A stretch of DNA of 64,000 nucleotides from a bacterium (GTDB lineage: Bacteria; Electryoneota; JAOADG01), in NCBI GenBank assembly GCA_026417415.1, contig JAOADG010000012.1:8213-72212 (forward strand), given 5' to 3'. Numbering within the stretch: position 1 is the first letter of the stretch; the number at the start of each line of letters is the position of its first letter. The notes below the pieces were generated by a model. That model was not told the origin of the DNA. It saw only the letters and a program-made list of their open reading frames with translations, and ran no database searches. The translations under genes and the position numbers were made by a program. Below are positions 59,384 through 64,000 of this stretch, piece by piece.

Positions 59384-59728
59384 ATGGAATTGGTATTAAT
59401 ACTATCTACTTTCATCAACTTTGTAACACTGATTGTTTTAGTGATTGTGATTGCATCCTATCTCACCTTAAAAATGAAGGAAAGAAAAACAGTGCAATTA
59501 CAAAAACAAAATGTTACAGATTTAGTAGCGCAAGAAAAACTTCCAACATCAATCAACATTACCAACACACCACCAATACCAGTACAGGTATCTGTTGCGT
59601 TGTCACAGACAAACCATCAAAGTTTAGGAAATACCACACAAACACAATATCACTTTTTATCTGAACGATCAATACCTGTGAAATATGAAAATGGTAGTTG
59701 GAGATTAGGTTTTCGATCAACGCTTTAA
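59384..59728 (+). CDS. Small single-TM protein, paralogue 1
   Basis: AAAGGAAA SD; MELVLILSTFINFVTLIVLVIVIASYLTLKMKERK, then a low-complexity tail. Confidence 0.75.
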   Translation: MELVLILSTFINFVTLIVLVIVIASYLTLKMKERKTVQLQKQNVTDLVAQEKLPTSINITNTPPIPVQVSVALSQTNHQSLGNTTQTQYHFLSERSIPVKYENGSWRLGFRSTL

Positions 59729-59748
59729 TTGAAAAATAGGATCGTAAA

Positions 59749-59961
59749 ATGAACAAGAATCCGAATAAACAAATGCGATTAAATCCTTTAAGAATAATTT
59801 TCGATCAAGAAGAACTACCCAAAAGTGATTTATTTCAAATACAAGCGCAGATCGAAGTTTCAGAAAATGAACATTGCGTACAATCGGTAAATGGTTCTTA
59901 TAAATCTGTTTTGGATCAACTGCCATTAAGCAGTCAATTCGTAAACTTTAAAAAACAATAA
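59749..59961 (+). CDS. Small hypothetical protein (70 aa)
   Basis: Fills the gap between two co-oriented genes; AGGA upstream; no recognised motif. Confidence 0.4.
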   Translation: MNKNPNKQMRLNPLRIIFDQEELPKSDLFQIQAQIEVSENEHCVQSVNGSYKSVLDQLPLSSQFVNFKKQ

Positions 59962-59976
59962 CGAAAGGAAATTACA

Positions 59977-60612
59977 ATGGAACTCATTCCATTACTTTCA
60001 ACAATCATCTTCTTGATTACCTTAATCACGTTTATTGTTGCAATTGTTTCTTACATTGTCTTTCGTATGAAAGAACGAAGAAAAGCAACTGCAAGACCAA
60101 GTGCACCTGCACAACCAACGCAACCACCGAATTTAAGTGGTGGAATGCAGTACCCTTCTAATGAAACGGTGCAGCATTCAAATCCAAATCCTGTTGTACC
60201 ACCAAAGATTGTTCCAATTCCAACACCACCACCTACGAACCAAGAACAACAAAACTATCCATCAAACTATCAACCGATGAATACGACGGGTTCTTATCCA
60301 ACCCAAACGGTTCGGCAACCGCAAGTACCACCAATGCAGGTGCCGCCACCGGTACAACCACCCCAGATGATTGTACCACCACCTCCACAACCTACGATGG
60401 AACCGCAATTAACTTCGGCGCAAGCTGCATTTTTACAGAGTTTTACTGGTGAAAAAGTGCCTTTGCGAGAAACACCTTTAGAAGAACCGATGGAATCACA
60501 ATCTACCATGCAACCACGTAGATTTGTACTACCCGGTAACAAAATGCAGCAAACAAAAAGTAATCATCCACCATCTGAACCTGAGAATGGAGGTGTTTTA
60601 AGTTGGAAGTAA
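59977..60612 (+). CDS. Single-TM protein with Pro/Gln-rich tail, paralogue 2
   Basis: AAAGGAA SD; MELIPLLSTIIFLITLITFIVAIVSYIVFRMKERRK, PQ-rich tail ending LSWK. Confidence 0.8.
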   Translation: MELIPLLSTIIFLITLITFIVAIVSYIVFRMKERRKATARPSAPAQPTQPPNLSGGMQYPSNETVQHSNPNPVVPPKIVPIPTPPPTNQEQQNYPSNYQPMNTTGSYPTQTVRQPQVPPMQVPPPVQPPQMIVPPPPQPTMEPQLTSAQAAFLQSFTGEKVPLRETPLEEPMESQSTMQPRRFVLPGNKMQQTKSNHPPSEPENGGVLSWK

Positions 60613-60613
60613 C

Positions 60614-62518
60614 ATGCGATTCAGAGTGATTTGGATTTGGATCGTTTTGAATTTCGCTTCAGCTCAAGCTGGAATTCGTGCATTGGTCATACAGTCAATG
60701 AATGATGGAAAAATCAATACAATGGAAAAAAATAGTATCGGTTATCTGCAAATCATGAAAAATAGAGGATGGAATGTGGAATTAACATCCAGCAACGATC
60801 ATCATCATTCATTTGAGAATTATGACTTAGTTGTGATTGAGAATTCAAATCAACTCAACGATTCTACTTGGACAAAATTAAAAACATTCCAACAACGAGG
60901 TGGCTGTATTTGGATGGGTTCAACAAATTCCAATGTAGAATCTGACCGTCATTTCCAGCAATTGAATCAATTTTTCAATGGTCAATTCAGAAAATTACCT
61001 CATCAGTCAAATGTTTCTCAGTGGATACAATTGAAAGGAGAATCTCCTGTAACCTTGAAACTTCTTCCTGGACACCGAATCAAAACCGACACAGATAATT
61101 CAGAGGCAATTGGTGTGGAAGAAATTGATTCTAACAAAACCATAGCTTATTGGAGTAATCTTATCAACAACCCAGACGACTACTTTCTATTGAAGCCGTT
61201 GGTGGCAATGTTCTTTCATTCTGGTCGGAATAATGATCGTCTAATTTGGTGTGGTTTTCAAATATCAAACGAACCTTTTGCATCAGACCAATTAGAAAAT
61301 TTTACATTAACAGAAGAGATTTTAGATTGGCTTTCAGGAAATGCTACCATTGGAATTGCTGCTTGGAAGTACGGAAGACACAGTGCTTTATCAATTCAAT
61401 GTATCAGCGACTATGATTTTCCAAATATCCGCTCATTACTTAAAATACTTAGAAAACATAACGCACCAATCACCATTTTTACATCCTCTGAGGAATTAAC
61501 ACAATTTTCTTTACTTACAAAAGAGCTGCTCAAATTCAATTCTGAATTTGCTATCAATGGGATAAAACTTAATGAAATGACTGATGAAAGCAGTGTAAAA
61601 CAAGCCGAAATAATACGAAAAGATCTTGATAAATTTAGTAGAATCGGGCTTGTTCCAAAAGGAGTTAAACTTCATCAAGATCAATGCACACAGAATACGC
61701 TCAATGCGGTTCAAGCAGAAGGATTAGAGTATTTATCTACTATTTCCACTTCTTTGAATGTTTATCCCCAATTTATCCACGATAAAACCAAATCTTCATT
61801 TCTAGGTGGATTGGTACTATTCTCCAAATCAAACTTAGACGATTATGATCTATTCATAAAACATAAAAAATCGGATGCTTTCAGCAATGCTGAACGTTTG
61901 TATAAAGAATTTCTAAATACCCACCAATTGTACGGACTTTATCAGTTCAGTTTTTCCGCATCGAACATTTCTCAATGGAATTACAATATTACACTCGATT
62001 ATTTTCTACAAAAAATTCAAAAAGATCAAGTATGGCTTGCCACGGCAGCAGAAATTGCTCAATGGGTGAGGCAACGTGAGCAATTAAAAGTTTCTAAGTT
62101 TAGTACAGATACCACAGTTTATGTAGAGGTGATCAATTTATCCAATGAAACAATAGAGGGAGTGGTTTTAATCATTTCACAACCGAAAAAAGTAGGTGCT
62201 GATTTTTTAGAAGTAGTCAATGTTTCAAAAGGATGTACATTTGATTTTACGGACACTGAATTGCTTATTGAATTACCTCCTTTGCCACCAAAAGCAATAT
62301 TTACAGCGAAATTGGCTGAAAGAACCAAAGGTTGGTTCAAAGTGTCCTTAAAACATTTACCTAAAATCGTTCGCTGGAGTATTCTCATTACACTAATTTT
62401 TTTCGTTGCAGCAGGATACTATTTATTTATCGCGAAAAAAAGACACATTCACGCTGCTGCTGAGAACAATACCTTGAAGGATCAAGGTCAAATTCGAAAG
62501 ACAGGATCAGGAAGGTAG
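60614..62518 (+). CDS. Class I GATase-like domain + degenerate CE4/NodB deacetylase fold, C-terminal TM anchor
   Basis: YDLVVI...L......LK.F...GG; W..G..SA leading into the NodB barrel; VWLAT..EIA.W...R; TM near the C-terminus; catalytic motifs eroded. Confidence 0.7.
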   Translation: MRFRVIWIWIVLNFASAQAGIRALVIQSMNDGKINTMEKNSIGYLQIMKNRGWNVELTSSNDHHHSFENYDLVVIENSNQLNDSTWTKLKTFQQRGGCIWMGSTNSNVESDRHFQQLNQFFNGQFRKLPHQSNVSQWIQLKGESPVTLKLLPGHRIKTDTDNSEAIGVEEIDSNKTIAYWSNLINNPDDYFLLKPLVAMFFHSGRNNDRLIWCGFQISNEPFASDQLENFTLTEEILDWLSGNATIGIAAWKYGRHSALSIQCISDYDFPNIRSLLKILRKHNAPITIFTSSEELTQFSLLTKELLKFNSEFAINGIKLNEMTDESSVKQAEIIRKDLDKFSRIGLVPKGVKLHQDQCTQNTLNAVQAEGLEYLSTISTSLNVYPQFIHDKTKSSFLGGLVLFSKSNLDDYDLFIKHKKSDAFSNAERLYKEFLNTHQLYGLYQFSFSASNISQWNYNITLDYFLQKIQKDQVWLATAAEIAQWVRQREQLKVSKFSTDTTVYVEVINLSNETIEGVVLIISQPKKVGADFLEVVNVSKGCTFDFTDTELLIELPPLPPKAIFTAKLAERTKGWFKVSLKHLPKIVRWSILITLIFFVAAGYYLFIAKKRHIHAAAENNTLKDQGQIRKTGSGR

Positions 62519-62601
62519 AATGTATCAAATTGAAGTGACAAGATAATTTAAGATAAGGTGAAAAAGGAAAATCAAATCAAATTTGATAACAGGGGTATAA
62601 C

Positions 62602-64000
62602 GTGGAAAACACAAATTCAACACCCAAACAAAACGCTGGTAAAAAATCGCTTCAACGCTCTAAGCGTAGAAACTTAGAGCAAGTAGGAAGAAGCAGAACA
62701 GCATTCTTTACAGTGCGAATGTTCACACTGATGTTTCTTCTTGCAGTCATAGGATACTGGGGTTATACACAAGTCATGAGTCAAATGTATGGACGATTTG
62801 ATTTATTTCAACATGAAACTGAAAGAACAGCTGGTGTACCTGAAGGATGGTATGGTGACCCGAGAGTAATTCTCATTAATCCTGCTCGTACTGAAATATT
62901 TTTGAGAAATCAGTTAGATACAGCAAGATGGCCCTATGGACCAAGGAATGATGACTGGCCGTTAGCAGATACATTATGGTATGCAAAAGGAATTAAAAGA
63001 GTAGCAAAAAAAGATGTAGAAGCCTGGAGATTAACAGGTGATCGTTCCAGAGAAGGAATGCTGGTAGATTACTGGAAAGATTATTTAACCAAGAAAAATA
63101 TCTATTACAAAGTGTACGAAGAACCAGCCTTGTTAGGAGATTTGACCACATTTGACTTAATGATTTTACCGGGTGCTGTTTTATTATCTGATGCAGAGAA
63201 ATCAGCAATCAAAAAGTTTGTAGCAAATGGAGGAAATATTCTGACCTGTTGGTCAATCGGTGCTAGAAATGAAAATGCTGAATGGATTGGTTTTGATTTT
63301 TTATCACAACTGATTGGAGCAATTCCCACTTTTGATGTAAGGGATACTACAGGTGGAACAAGTGTTGTACTCAACGGGAATAGTCCAATCAATGCAATGA
63401 TACCTCCGGGTACACATTTAGAGTTTTTCACCTACAATGCATTTATTACCATGGAAGTTGTCGAGCCAAGATCACATGTTGGGGGATGGTGGTTTTATCC
63501 TTATTGGAAGGAAAATGCCAATCCAAATCAGCGTGCAATGATAGTTCATGGTGAATACCTGAAAGGGAAATTCGTTTGGTTTTCATTTACACCAGAAACT
63601 ATTCAAGATGCAAAAAACAATCACATCATATTCGATCGAATGGTTAACAATGCGATACATTGGTTGCATGGTAAACCGTTAGTCAATGTAAATTTATGGC
63701 CCATTGGATATCGTTCAGCAGCTGCGTTAATCCTCAATGTAACTGGGAATACCTATGAATATGAAAAGTTATCCAATTCAATAGATTTTGGTTCAACACA
63801 AATGGATTTATTAGTAGATACTGATTTTCCGATCAGTAATAAAATGAAAATTCCCACTCAATCAGATTGGATCATCAAAGCCAATCCTAAAATAAAACTG
63901 AGTGATAACGACATCATTGAACAAAATAAATGGATGAAATATCAAGTTGAACGAGTGGAAAAGGCGATCGGAAAATCTCCAGTGGGTTATATGCCACCTA
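62602..64000 (+). CDS. Paralogue of the upstream GATase-like/deacetylase-fold protein with N-terminal TM; 3'-truncated and absent from the ORF track
   Basis: AGGGGT SD, GTG at 62602; hand translation is open to the window end: FDLMILPGAVLLSDAEKSAIKKFVANGG, NSPINAMIPPGTHL, LWPIGYRSAAAL, GKSPVGYMPP. Confidence 0.8.
   Translation, partial: MENTNSTPKQNAGKKSLQRSKRRNLEQVGRSRTAFFTVRMFTLMFLLAVIGYWGYTQVMSQMYGRFDLFQHETERTAGVPEGWYGDPRVILINPARTEIFLRNQLDTARWPYGPRNDDWPLADTLWYAKGIKRVAKKDVEAWRLTGDRSREGMLVDYWKDYLTKKNIYYKVYEEPALLGDLTTFDLMILPGAVLLSDAEKSAIKKFVANGGNILTCWSIGARNENAEWIGFDFLSQLIGAIPTFDVRDTTGGTSVVLNGNSPINAMIPPGTHLEFFTYNAFITMEVVEPRSHVGGWWFYPYWKENANPNQRAMIVHGEYLKGKFVWFSFTPETIQDAKNNHIIFDRMVNNAIHWLHGKPLVNVNLWPIGYRSAAALILNVTGNTYEYEKLSNSIDFGSTQMDLLVDTDFPISNKMKIPTQSDWIIKANPKIKLSDNDIIEQNKWMKYQVERVEKAIGKSPVGYMPP

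Overview
An AT-rich, gene-dense bacterial chromosomal segment with no integrase, transposase, phage gene or CRISPR array that I can support. Three secreted proteins carry a PNPFN...LLK C-terminal sorting tail, AtpD has a Bacteroidota/Chlorobi-type insertion, and there are clear AGGAG Shine-Dalgarno sites; together these point by inference to a non-Bacteroidia member of the FCB superphylum. Housekeeping content: rex, gyrA, rpsU, yqeY, two phosphate acyltransferases, ychF, scpB, a fused fungal-type homoaconitase, sfsA, a DapL-like aminotransferase, tRNA-Arg(UCG), an M23 peptidase/bactofilin pair, a complete F1Fo operon, aspS-phoH-7TM/HD-ybeY-hlyC-rng, and proline dehydrogenase. Two multi-gene envelope systems stand out. 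(1) At 28.8-39.6 kb, directly behind atpC, a seven-gene cluster (two large TPR proteins, a small secreted protein, ExbB/TolQ, two ExbD/TolR, and a GltG/AgmX-like TonB-type protein) resembles the core of the myxobacterial Agl-Glt motor. (2) From 53.2 kb to the window end, an exopolysaccharide operon pairs a PgaC/IcaA-like synthase and a TPR/beta-barrel porin with a triple-degenerate KaiC-like ATPase/receiver/GGDEF protein (the architecture of cellulose-system BcsE), two paralogous single-TM proteins, and two apparently catalytically dead deacetylase-fold proteins. The second of these is absent from the ORF track because it runs off the window. All assignments come from motif recognition by eye; no searches were run.
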